From contig JAYWIR010000009.1 in the NCBI GenBank assembly GCA_036172245.1, forward strand, positions 3,100,001 to 3,164,000: a DNA stretch of 64,000 bases, read 5' to 3'. The notes under the pieces are model-generated. The model was given only the letters and a program-made list of their open reading frames with translations. It was not told where the DNA came from and did no database searches. Shown here piece by piece: positions 36,901-48,399 of the stretch (position 1 is the first letter of the stretch; each line of letters begins with the position of its first letter). The DNA comes from Raillietiella orientalis (taxonomy: Eukaryota). Both the position numbers and the translations under genes were made by a program.

Positions 36901-37639
36901 TCTGTGATACCCACTTCCCCCCCCCCCTCTCTCATTCCGGACTTTCCGATCCCCGTAGGATGCGTCGCGGCTTTTGCGTCTCGCCGCGAGATGACTTTGG
37001 GAAGGCTCCGTGCGTTCAGTGGCGGTGCGCTCGCGTCCGCAGAGGATGTGCCGTTGACTAGCAGTCGGAAATTGGGAGCGCACCCTTCGGGGCCCCTCCC
37101 AGGAAACAGGGAGAGGTCCCTTCACCCTCTTTCTCGGCAACTCGGGTGCGTGGCGGTGGTAGGGAGCTGTGGGTCCTCACGTGGCAGCGTTGCTCCGATC
37201 CCCCCCCCTCACTCCCCCAATGGGTGAAGCAACGGTTCTTGGGTACTTCAGAGTATTCGAGTGTCCATCACATATTTCCGCCCTCGGTTTCCTGCCATCT
37301 GCAGAGCATCGAGAAGACCCGTTCATGCGGTCACTGCCTCGTTCCTTGAATCAGCGGCACCCCCGTTCCTGTGCCCAGTGGCACCATGCCCTGTTCGAAC
37401 GAACTGTGAAGGCGCCTTCAAAGCAGCTGGAATTTGGACCGCCTCGGGCTTGGTTTTGTCTTTCCTCCCGCATCTCGTACTCCATCACGAAAATCGAGGT
37501 CTTGAAGGTGTTCAGAGGGAGGTGGGAGTCCCTCGGCTGTGGGAGGACTTTGCGAGAGGTGGTTCAGTAGGGACGCGCGTTCTGGATGCACCCACTGACC
37601 CGTCTTCCGGAAGAGACGCTTCTGCGACCTCACAGGCTC

Positions 37640-39105
37640 TTTTAGGAGGGCGAAAATCGAGGCCCTGACCATGTCGTGGATGACCCCAAGAGGCACGCCA
37701 ACACGCTGTCCAAGAAGCTGCAGGAAATGCCTGCAGTCCTCCTCCCCCTCCTTTCATTGTTGCGTGGCGTCCGTATCGGGAAAAAGCCATTGCTGTCGTC
37801 TCAATGTGCGACACTCCGCCCATCTGGTGGTCGGTATGCCGAGCTACTTTTCGGAGGACTGCGGTCATACTGCTTTGGGGCTGATCCCCTCTTGCGCCGT
37901 GGGCTGGCCGAGCTCTCCCGAACCTTTGCTGCGCGGGCGACCTCGCAGCAGAGGGCTAGGAGATCGCCAGCGGGGCGGTTCTCGGTTTCGTTCCCTGGGG
38001 CGCACGCCCCCCATTTTTCCTCCCTCATGATCGAGGGAGGGGCGCAGAATCGCAAGAGACTGTGGACCCCATCACTCTCCGAACGGGAACCCTGGCTTCC
38101 GCTCCGGAGCGCCTCGGAAGCGCATCGGGCAGCTGTTTGCATGGTGTCCCCTGTAAGCAGCCACGGAGGTGGTCTCTTCGAAAGAGTGACCTCGATGCAC
38201 TTGCCTCAGAGGCAAGGCGCCCGAGGAGGTCGGCGGACTGAATATGGCTCAGCATGCGTTTTTTGACCACCTGTAGCCTCCGCCCCGCTGAAGCCAAGCA
38301 GGAGAATGCAAAGAGAAGACCATGATTGCTGCTGGGAAGGGGGGGGGGAGGGCTCCGGGTTCGACTGCACGCAGCGGCCAGCGCGCGTGCGGCGTGAAGG
38401 CGTTGCGAGGCGCGCGATAGGGTGGCAGCCTACGTCCCCTCCCCTGCCCTTCCGCGCCTCCTTCCGGTTGGTGCCAAAGGCATACAGGGAGACGCTGGCT
38501 ATCCTGCCGAGCTCGTGCCCCAGCACGCTCCCTCCACGTCGGCCCGTGCCGGCAGCGGCGACCTTCCCAGTCATCCACGCGTTGTCGCTCGAGGGTTTCT
38601 TCGAGTGCATCCATCGCGTGGCGCCGGCCGCCTGCGCGAACGGGGCGAAATGGTCCGCCTGCCCAACTGGCGCGGCGTGGGCCGCACTGGAGCCGCTTGG
38701 GGGATCCCCGTGGCTCGACACCCCAAGTACCTCTGTGTACCGTTGGGACATTTCTCCCCGAAGGGGGGGCGAAGTCCAGCCGTCGCCAGAAGGCAGAATC
38801 GACTCTCGGCCCGTTCCCCAGTGGGGTCCCAGCGCTCCGCCTCCTGATTTTTGTTCGCTCCCCTCCCCTCCCCTCCTGGTGGCAGTGATCCCTTCCTGGC
38901 CCTCCAGAGTGTTCTTTTTATTTATTTTTTGCTTTGTTTTTCTTTTTGTTTTTTCCTCATTCCCCTCCGCTGCCGAGGAGAGCCCAGTCGGTCTGCGTAC
39001 CGGTGACCCGACAGGTCCAATGTTGTGTTGGCTGTAGTGGGGCCTTGTACCACAATTGTATGGAAGAGTTTATTAATAAATGCCCCTGCATGACCGAGTG
39101 GCAGC
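37640..39105 (+). mobile_element. L1/Tx1-like LINE ORF2 post-RT region and 3' end
   Basis: EKAIAVVSM...IWW (GK...N...LW-like) and FSSLMIEGG (LP..EGG-like), followed by the family 3' UTR ending AATAAATGCCCCTGCATGACCGAGTG. Confidence 0.55.
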
Positions 39106-39199
39106 GTTCGGAGGCACGAAGAGGACGGACCAAGGACCTAACCTCCCGCAGAAAATCTTTCGGGTCATTCAAAGGTTCCGGGTGCGCTTTAAGGAACCG

Positions 39200-39800
39200 C
39201 GGGCCCTTCACCCTGGAGAGGATGGGGAGTTAGCTCGATTTCCGGGGACTCGCCCTAGCGGCAGAGTACCGAACCACCCGCTGGTGCGTCCCATTGCGAC
39301 TTCTGGCTGAGTAGGCAGCCACGGCTCGGAAGGACATGCGCCGCTCCTCGCGAGCAGCCGTCGAAGGTGCGGCACCCCGACGCAGCGGATGGTTGCCTTG
39401 GAGACGGACAACGACCCAATCTCCTGCCCGAAAACAGGAAGCAGTTTGGATGCCGGAGAAAAGGTGCGCTCGCTGCCCGTTGCAGGGATGCTGGAAAGTA
39501 CCAAGAAGAAGATCTCGCGGGTCCGGAGAATGACACCTGCTGCTGCAGCGCGGTTGTCCTCAAGGGAAGATGCCATAGGCAACGATCCGGCAAATCGGGA
39601 TGCGCCCCTTGTGGTCTCGGGACGAAGAAGGTCCATTGGGTTGCCGAACGGCGCGCTTCCGCCCCCGCTGCCCGCCCGCTCCAAGGGGAAACGCGTCGTG
39701 CGAGACTCCGGGCTTTTCCTTTTGACCCACCAGGAGACAACGCGGGAAGCGTGCTGAGAGGAAGCTCTTTGCCAGCGGCGGAATCTCGCCTGCGGCGTCG
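39200..39800 (-). mobile_element. L1/Tx1-like APE endonuclease N-terminal fragment
   Basis: Minus strand has LSTL..., DLLRPETT (D...QET-like) and NRAAAAGVILR (GVAIL-like) in the expected order. Confidence 0.45.
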
Positions 39801-40859
39801 CATCATCGTGGCTCTCCGCTGCTTGAGCGGTGCAGCGGGGGCGCCAAAGCTACGATGGCGGACGGAGGCCAGGCGAGCAGAGACGGCATCCCCAATCGCC
39901 GTTTTTTTCCGGGGGCCACAAGATGGCCGCCCTCTGCAGCACTATAAGGGAAGGGGGGGGAGAGGGAACTTGTCGTCATGCTGGATGGGATGCTGGATGG
40001 GTTGCAGAGAGGTTTCTGTGGTCCCCTCCTCCGCCTCCTAATCCTTTTAGGAGCCTTCTTTTCCTTTTCTCTTTCGTATGACGCATTTTTTGCTGTTGTT
40101 TAGACCCACAGGCGCTCTCAGCATCCGGGACGCCGGCATGTTCCCTCCTTGTGGTACTAGAGAGGACGGCCATCTTGTGGTCACCCTGAAAAAGATGCCG
40201 ATCGGGATGGCGTCTCTGCTCGTCTGGCCTCCTCCTCCATCGCAGCTTTAGCATCGCGTCTGCGCGTGGACACGGCCCTGCGCTTCCCGCGGACGCCATG
40301 CTGCTTGTCCATGTTCCCGTACACCGCGTTTCTTCGCTTGTAGAGTCTCTGGAGTGAGGGGCGCACCCACCGAGACCGGTAGCCGCCAAGCGGCGGAGAT
40401 TGTCAACTGCGCAGCTGGCTCCTGGCTGGTGCGATCAGGACGCCCGGCGACTGTCAGAGCAAAGTTGGCCGGAGGAGAAGCCGCATTGCTGCCGACCACC
40501 GACTCACCAGGAGGGAAAAGCGGGAGCCGCCGACACGCGGTGAGACGTTCTCAGGTGGAACCGGAAACCGCATCTTCGCACGCGCGGGTTGCGGAACGCC
40601 CGGAAGCGCCTCTTTCCACTCCGGCGAGCCACGGAAGGTCTTGGGAGCGTAGCCTCCGAGCCGTGCAGAGAGAATGTCGGCAGGACTCCCTCGAAAGGCC
40701 GCCGGAACGGCTGCTGCCGATGCTTCGCGCTACGCGTGCGTCTCCCGCCGTCCACCCGCGCGCGTCCGGCGGCATGGCGGCTGCCCTGAACGCTCTTCGG
40801 GCATCGGCCGCAGCGAAGAAGCAGCGCGGAAGCGCCAAACCGAGAAGACGGGCGAAACG

Positions 40860-41140
40860 CGCGTGTCCCTAAAGCCACTCCCGCCTCCCAGAAGATGTGG
40901 GCGGCGGTCTCCTTACGAACAGCGGAGCTAAAGATGCCCGCGAAGGTAGCTGCTGCTCCTTGGAATCTCCACTGCACCCCATTCTATCTGTTCTCGCCGC
41001 TGCCCTACAGCACTGTCGAATGGGCGGTGAAGACCGAGGTGTTGAGTTGCGGTTGGGTTGTCGCCGCTGTCCTGAAGTCGTGTCCGTTGATGATACGTTG
41101 CCGTTGTATTTGTCGAGGCCGCTGCGCGGATCTGTAGGCC
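40860..41140 (-). mobile_element. C-terminal remnant of an I/R1/LOA-like LINE
   Basis: Minus strand RIINGHDF...LN... and KETAAHIFWEAGVALGTR resemble 'TGH...' and 'ET..HI..EC..L...R'. Confidence 0.4.
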
Positions 41141-41144
41141 GTGT

Positions 41145-42950
41145 TTGGTTGACACTCGGTTGCGCTGGGGCGTCTAATTGTAAAAAACAAACACAGAGGT
41201 CAGTGGCGAGACGATTGGTTCTGCCACCTTATAAATAAGAAGGAACCTGCCGAGAACCGGCACGCAGGCTGGCGAGGTCCGCCTCGGCAGCAGAGGGGGA
41301 GGGGGGCAAACAAAAAAGGAAAATAAAACTCTCGGGGTTCCACAGGGACGCGGCAAAGCGTTCCCACAGGGGGCGGAGGGCAATGCAACCCACGAGCAGG
41401 TGCGGGAGGGACTCTTTCCCCGCACCTGCCGCAGCAGGGCCTCACCTCCTCTCCCGGGTCCAATGGTGTCGGCGGGCGGTTGCACGTGAAACAGCAGGGT
41501 CTTCAACTCCTGCCCCTTTAGGGAGAGGACCTATTTTTCACTTCACCGTGTTTGGTGGCTCCCAGGTCGCTCCCACCGTGAAAGGGAGGTGTTTGAAATG
41601 TTTCCCTCTCGCGGTTTGTGCTGATCGCTGGCCGCGATCTCACCGATGCGCGTCTACCATTCCCCGTCGGGGTGCGGCCGTCCCGTGCCTTCCCTACGCG
41701 CAGACGGGGAGCCACCCTCGGAAGAGACCGCCAGTGGTCACGTGGAGGAGATCCCTGGCAGGTGGTCAATGTCGAAGGGTTCCGCATCCGACCGTCCAAC
41801 TCCTGTCTTTTGCAGAGACGCGACCCTTTTGTGACCGGAGGCGCTCCCTCGATGGGCGTTCCGGACCCGACAGGAGCGTCAGCTTCTTGGGCTGCCTTTT
41901 CCGTGGTCCAGATAGCTCTCCTCGCTCTTCACCTGCCAACATCAGGGTTGCGCGAGAACAGTCGCTCTCTTCCCTGCCTCGTGGCCACCGCCGGTGTGGG
42001 AGGCGTCGCTGACCTACCTGAAAGCGACGGTGATCGAAAGTCGTGGCGCGGGGCTGAAGGGTTGGTGAGGGGGGCCACCTGTGCCGTTGCCCTGGAAGGA
42101 AGGAGTCGCCAGGGAGGTTCCTTCCTGTCGGGATCCGAAGACGCTCTCTCCTGGGTTCACGTGTGAGCGTCCGGGTCATCGCCTCGGGTGCTAACCCTTC
42201 CTCCACGAATTTCAACGGAGGCAGGGAGTCTGTCCGATGCTCCCTTCCCCGTCCTCAAGTCTCCTCGGCAATGCCCTTCCGCTCCTCCGCAGACGGCAGG
42301 GGGCGGACCGCAGACTCCAAGGCAGCGCTCCTGGAGGCCGGTTCGTGCCCTCGCTCGGCTCCTCCTCCTGGAGACCTCGTTCTTCGGCTGGCCCCGCGGG
42401 CCTTTCTGCCTCGCCGGAATGCGTGCAGGAACGAGGGCGCCGGCCCGGATCCGACGTGGCTCTTCCCGATGCTTCGCTCCCTACACTTCGGGGGAGAGGG
42501 CGAGGAGGAGGCCCTCTGTGGGGGATCCTGGTTCCAGGCATCGACCCTCGCGGCGGCGTGGGGGTCAAAGATGCCCGGAGACTACCTGCTGCCCAGGGGT
42601 CGCACGGACGGATTGTGATGCGACCCCGAGAATCCTTGGGCCTTTCTTCTAATTCCCAAGTGGGCGGCCAGGTTGCCCGGGGTCGCCCCCGCCTCGTGGT
42701 CACGCGCTCTTCGACAGCGCAGTCTGACCTCTGACCCGGTGCGCACAGGAAAGGGCGAGCTCGGTGTGCTCCTTTTCTCCCTTGCCCTTGCGGGCCCTTG
42801 CGGGGCGGCGGGCAGGTGCCGTGGCGCCACTTGGGGCCAACTGGCCGCCTTATCTCAGATACCCGCCGCCTTTCGCCCGAGGTTCCCGTCTCCAGGCAAC
42901 CTGCCGCCGCCCTGGCGGCGGTCGGGGAAGACGGCGCCTTGCAGGAGCGC
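41145..42950 (-). mobile_element. Internally deleted L1/Tx1-like copy, same subfamily as 34557-36150
   Basis: 41331-41430 is nearly identical to 35043-35143, and 41150-41300 matches 34560-34715. The segment between these two blocks is missing. Terminal motif present. Confidence 0.7.
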
Positions 42951-44339
42951 CCGAGGCGCGCGCAGCTCCCGGGTCTCGTGACCACCTCGTGGCCTCTGTG
43001 TTCGGCGAATCGTAGGGGCTCACAGGGATGTGACATCCAGGGAGATGATTGTTGCCCGGAAACGGCGGGATGAGGATGCGCAGGGAAAAGGACCGCGCTG
43101 CTCGGACGGCGCCGCGGTCTTACGACTTGCCGGAACTTTCCTGGGAAGCGCGTGTCCCATTCCTCCCCCTTCCCTCATTCTTGGTCCGACCGGCGCCTGC
43201 ACCCTTCACGGGTCCCTGAGGGCACACCACACCGCGACCTCGTGACCTCGCCCGCTCGTCGCGAACCCCGTGGGATTCTCTTCAGGGGGAAGCTTCGGGC
43301 TTCGGGGGAAGCTGGGGTTCTTCTATCTCCTCTCCGGCCAGAGGCAGGGATTATAGGGGGGAGAAACGCGCCGGTCCCGTCCTTCGACAAGGGGAAACCG
43401 GTCCGTCTCGAGCGTTTTTCTCCGTTCGCCATGTGCCTCCGGCGCATGCAGGGCAATCCAGGGGATGACGGGGGGGGGACGTTCGAACGAGCACCGCAAC
43501 TTTCCTCAGTGGCTCCGACGTTCCGGAACGAATCTCCTGGAAGCGAAATTCGTCGGGGAAAAAGGTTCGATCAGGGAGAAACCTGGCTGGCGACGCCTGT
43601 AGTCGTCCAATTTTCCGCTAGGTGCGGCAGGCGGTTATGCGGAGCGTGTGCTGCCATCTGCATACTCTGCAGCGTACTACACGCGCAAGCGAATCCAACT
43701 CGGGTCGATTTTTCACACCGCCGCTGGCGTAAACGCGTTCAATAATTTCGTCATTTCGTTTTTTTCATTTCCTCTTTTGCAAATAAAATAAAAATGAAAA
43801 AATGAAAGTTTGGTGATTCCCTGGGCGCTACCGTGTACCGTCAGGAGCCGAGAGTCAATCTTTTGCATCCAACCACTGAGGTGGAGCCCATGGGGGGGAT
43901 TCAAACTCGTTCCTCGACGCGCCGGAAACACGTATTGTACAGACGTGCGCCGGTACGAAAATGCGTACGCCAGAATGGCGCGCAGAAAAAAAGATGGCGC
44001 TCACTTTTGTCGACGCCTCTTTCAGGAAGGGAAGGAGTCTGCGTCGCGGAGACGCCCGGTTCTTGGGACGTCGATGGAACGGGGACGAGCCATCCCAGCG
44101 CTCGGACCGGGACTCTGGTTGCATCCCCCCCACCCCACCGTAAACCACTAGGTGGCTTCGGACGCGTCGCGACCCTCCCGTGCCTGTCGAACACGCCCGC
44201 ATCCAGTCGAGAGGAGGCGAAGTGGTCCGGAGGTCTCTCGCGAAGAAGGGGGTCCACGGGAGTTCTCCCCGCGGTTCATGTGACGCCTGCTGATACTTCC
44301 GCTGCACCCGCTGGCATCTGAGAGGGTGTAGGGATGGGC

Positions 44340-44640
44340 ACGCTGGCGGTGATGCGGCTGGGGTGCTGGTTCGAATCCCTCCCGGGGACAAGATGGACGC
44401 CGGCAACGGCAAGGAGGGGGGGGATGCCGAGGATTTCCGGTAGGGGGGCCGCCCCCCAGCTTTCCCCAATAACCGGCTGGGATTGTAAGGACCCCGGAGG
44501 GTCCTTCCAAGACATCAAGGAGCGGCTTCCTTCGGGGGTTCCCCTCCGGTTGGGAAAATGGAGCCGTCACCATGGAGCTGGTTGACATCCCCCTCGGGGG
44601 GTTGGCTCTCCGGAGTGTCAGGAGCGTCCTGGTCCCTTCG
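44340..44640 (+). mobile_element. tRNA-derived SINE, copy B (partial)
   Basis: Perfect B box GGTTCGAATCC at 44368. Shares caccatggagctggttg and ggctctccggagtgtcaggagcg with copy A. Confidence 0.6.
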
Positions 44641-45099
44641 ACTGCGTCGTCTCCGGGGCTTCGCGAATGGACCTGCGCCACCGGAAAGGTGCGCTTGTCG
44701 CGGTTTCCCATAATAGCGGCGCGAGGTCGCATCATCCGGAGCCCGAGGGTCACAAAGTACGGGTGACCCCCTGCTGGCGAAGAACTCACGGCCGAATTGC
44801 CTCGGGTCGCAAGCGGCTCTGCACTGCCGGGAGATCTCAAGCCCACGCGCTAGGGACGTCTCCTCCCCACGCATCCCCCTTGGCTTGGGCGGAGCCGGTC
44901 TGCTCTCCATGACGACTTGGTCAACTCCAGCGCAGGCAGATACGGGCGAAGCGCGCCGCCGCCATGTGCGGCTCCTCCGCTTTGGTTTCTGCCTCCCGTC
45001 GCTTCGCTCCGATCATCGCTGGAGGTCGCGTCCGGAGGTCCCGGAATGTTCTGCTCTCGCGGAGGGCGGCTCAGAGTGCGGCAAGTCCTTCGGGGAAAC

Positions 45100-46010
45100 G
45101 CAGCGGCAACGAACGGGGGGAGGAGATGGGTGGGAATCCTTCCTGCCGTCCGTCTGCTCCGCGGGACAGAACTCACCCGCGTCCCCTCCTTGCCGTTCTA
45201 TGGGATGCCGCGGCTTGGAAGTAGGATGCAACCGTTCCAGAGGGACGCTCGCGCTCCAGGTCGGTTTCCGACGCGCCCATCGCCCGCAGGAAGAGCTTGT
45301 TCAGCTTTTCCAGGCTTGCCAAGCCTTCCCCGGAGCTGGTTGGGACGGCAAGGTGCGTTTCCGCTCTTCCTCGGAACTCGCCAAGACGGGAGAACACAGA
45401 ACCCCCTCTTGTCCGGACGCCTTTCGTGCGGCTGCTGCGCCCACAGTGCGCTCCCCGGAAGACGGAGGCCCAGGAATCCAGTTCGCCCTCTTTTCCCCAA
45501 ATTGAGTTCCAGGACATCGCGCCCAGAAGGCGAGAGAGTCACTGTGCATGCGTTCCTCTCTCTTTCCTTCTCGCCTCTCGTTCGTCGCGGGATGCAGTCG
45601 TCTTCTCGAGGTATCATGGGAACCCCCAGCGGCAACTCCTTTACGACCCCTCCTCCTGCTAAGCGACGCTTTTCGGTAGGAGGCCTCGCTAGCAGCTCCC
45701 TATGCTGCCTACGCGGGAATGTGGCGGCCTGGAGCGACTCAAGAGGAGGACAGAACGACAGGGATGCCACATCCACTTTGCTGTCCGCTCCACGAGGATG
45801 GCAACAAGATGGTTCTACCCGGAAAACAACCATGCAGCAAGAGCTCACCAGCTCATTCGGAAAGATGCAGAGGACCATCCCTAGCCGGACGTGACCCCTT
45901 CTTGTAGCCCCCCTCCCACCTCTCAAATTATTTATTCATTTTTTGTTTCTTTTTCTTTTTGTTTTCCCCCTCCCCTCTGCAGCCGTGGCAGATTTCACCG
46001 GTCTGCATCT
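45100..46010 (+). mobile_element. Internally deleted L1/Tx1-like copy (pre-RT segment joined to ORF2 C-terminus)
   Basis: PSLPFYG..LG and NPVRPL-like remnants, followed by 45643-45898, which is nearly identical to 18741-18996. Confidence 0.6.
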
Positions 46011-46549
46011 CCTTTCCTCCTCCTCCCTCCCTTCTCTCTTCCTCCTTTCCCTACTTTCTGAAACACCCTTGGTCCTTCCCACGACGAGGAAGGCAGGACG
46101 GCCTTACCTCCGCTCCGAAACCAAGGAGTGAGCCGCCCGGAAGGCACTGGGAAAAACGCGGGACAGAAGCCGTGGGGACGGAAGTGGGGGAGGGAGGGCT
46201 CCTTCTTCTGGTGCCTCCCGGAGACGGCCGACGGACCTGCGCCTCGCTTCTTTCTTTCTTTGTTTTTGTGGCCCTGCGCTGCCTCTTCGACTCTGACGCC
46301 AAGCGCTCTTCCCTCCTGGCTGCCGACCCGCGTGCCGGCGGCCCCCGTCTCGCCTCCCCCAGGACGCGCGATCGTGCGTCACCTGTCCTGGACGAGCGCT
46401 CCGGCGGAACCGGGTCTGACCCGAGCTGCTCCGGAGGGCCGTGCCCGCGGTTCCCCCGGGCGCGCCACGGGCATCGCGGAACCTGGGAGGGCCTTCGCGC
46501 ACGGGATGCCCTGGCAACGGCGGTGGAGTCCTCGCGAGGGAGTGGCGCC

Positions 46550-46760
46550 GCCGCCTAGGCATGGTCACGTCGGACGGTGCGCAAACAAGCCCTCCGGAGA
46601 GAGAAGGGCCACTCGAGAGGACGACCATCGGCCATTTTGCACGGAAGACCTCGTAAAAGTTCAGTGCCATCCCACTGCCTGGGGTCACTGTTTCCCAGTA
46701 GCCCGGATTCCGTGACATTCCGTGTAGTCACTGCCGTCGTCCCGGGTCTCCCGGTCCCGT
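46550..46760 (-). mobile_element. LINE RT-proximal fragment
   Basis: TPGSGMALNFYEVF resembles the conserved 'PGPDG...EFY..F' motif upstream of RT. Confidence 0.5.
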
Positions 46761-47199
46761 CGTCCTGCCGGAATTCCTCCGGCAGCCGCTTGTCCTGGTC
46801 GCGATCCGGGACGCGCTCCCCCGGCGCCCGTCCCGCCTGAGGGCGCTCCCGGAACCCCAGGTTACCAGGGAGACCGCGCCGCCTGGTCCCTTGCGGAAGC
46901 CGCTGTTCCTTACGGCTCTCCTGTCGCGCCTCCCCCTGCCCGGGAGTGCGTGCGCTCATCAGAAACGAATCGCCCCCCCCCCACCGCTCTCCGCTCGCTA
47001 TGGAAATGCTAAGGGGGAGGAAGGATTTCTCCTCCGCATTCTTCCCTCGTCTCTGAAGGGTGCTGTGATCTCACTTCCTCCGTGACCTTTCTTTGCCTGG
47101 AAGACGCCCCCTCGCTTTCCCAGACGTCCCTGCATTCCTCCTCCTCCTTTCGCCGCCGAGCTCGCGTGAGGTCCCTCCGTTCGCGTCCTCCCAACCGCG

Positions 47200-47340
47200 C
47201 CCTTTCGGTACGCAGGTTCGAATCCTGCCCGGGGAAGGGTCGACGCCGACAAATGGGTGAGCACTGTGGGTTTCGAGTCCTCCCCTCCTCCCCATGCAGG
47301 ACGACACTGGCTGGCTTCGGGTCGCTTCGGGTCATGCGGC
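47200..47340 (+). mobile_element. tRNA-derived SINE, copy C (5' part only)
   Basis: GGTTCGAATCC at 47215. About 125 bp closely match the reverse complement of 48085-48210. Confidence 0.7.
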
Positions 47341-47639
47341 CCTTCCGGCTGCCGGGACGCGAGGAACGCGCCTCGGCCAGCGCTGAGAGCGGAGGAGTTC
47401 CCGCGCGCTTGGCGTTCGCCGCCTTCCTCGTCTCTGGGCGCCGGGGCGCCGCCGCCTTTCCGATTTAGCGGGACTGCCGCGTCGGCCGGGCCCCACGCTG
47501 GCGCTTTCGGTGTGTCCGGCTGTGTCTACGGGGGAAAACCGTGGACCGAAGCACTCAAAGGTCGAGCGTGACCACACCCTAATTGCAGACCTATTAGGGA
47601 AGAGTGGGCTCAACCGGTTTACAGCCGAACAGCCCTTTT

Positions 47640-48260
47640 TTTTGGGAAGGGGTCGCCGAGTGCTGAAGAACCGTCCGCCTCCTTAGTGGGGGCTCACGAA
47701 GCCCTTTGACGCTGTCCACGTCACCCGAGGGTGCGCATAGGTCTTCAAGTTATAGGGAATAACCCCATAGGGACCACCCTATGAACCCATGAAGGGTCTG
47801 TAGGAAGAAGCCGCTCCTGGTTTTCTCCTCTGAAGAGAAACCCGAAGGGACGCTTCTCAATTTCTCTGAAGGGCGCTCCCCCTCCCTTCCCGAAGGGGGC
47901 AGCGCGCTTCTTGACACAGTGGAGAGGCGACCCTTGACGGAAGCACCAACCACCTCCATGGTGCACGATGGAGGGCCTCTCCCGAGTGGGGGGACGGCTC
48001 CCTTTTTCCAGCCGGAGGGGAACTCATAAGGGTTCCTTGATGGACCCCGGAGGGTCGGCTTCCAATCTCGGCCAGTCGACGGGAGCATGACCCGAAGCCA
48101 CCCGAAGCCAGCCAGTGTCATCCTGCATGGGGGGTAGGGGAGGACTCGAAACCCACAGTGCACATCTATTTGTCGGCATCGACCCTTCCCCGGGAGGGAT
48201 TCGAACCCGCGACACTCACTGGCGCCGAGCGCGGAGAGACCGCGGCTGCCAACGCGGGCT
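47640..48260 (-). mobile_element. tRNA-derived SINE, copy D (near full length)
   Basis: B box GGTTCGAATCC on minus at 48197-48207, with an upstream A-box-like TGGCAGCCGCGG. The 3' block ggacggttcttcagcact is followed by an A run. Confidence 0.7.
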
Positions 48261-48399
48261 CGCTGCTGCCCAGAATATCGGCGAAACCATTCTGAGGTGA
48301 AGGTAGGTGCAAGTAGGGAGGTCTCTTCCTCCCAACTGACACCCCAAGCAGGTCTGATGCACCGGGTTGCGGTTGCATCATCCGCCAAGCCACTTCATG

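Noticed and set aside
44340..44390. GGTTCGAATCC motifs as tRNA genes
   Set aside because: No complete cloverleaf could be built, and each motif continues into a shared several-hundred-bp body, which indicates a SINE.
47655..47705. CTGAAGA in the SINE 3' region as a possible hammerhead ribozyme core
   Set aside because: There is no correctly placed GAAA or stem II/III architecture conserved across the copies. The motif instead pairs within a simple hairpin.
47690..47725. LTKPFDAVH as an RT 'KAFD.V.H' motif
   Set aside because: It is not preserved in frame in the other SINE copies and has no neighbouring RT motifs.
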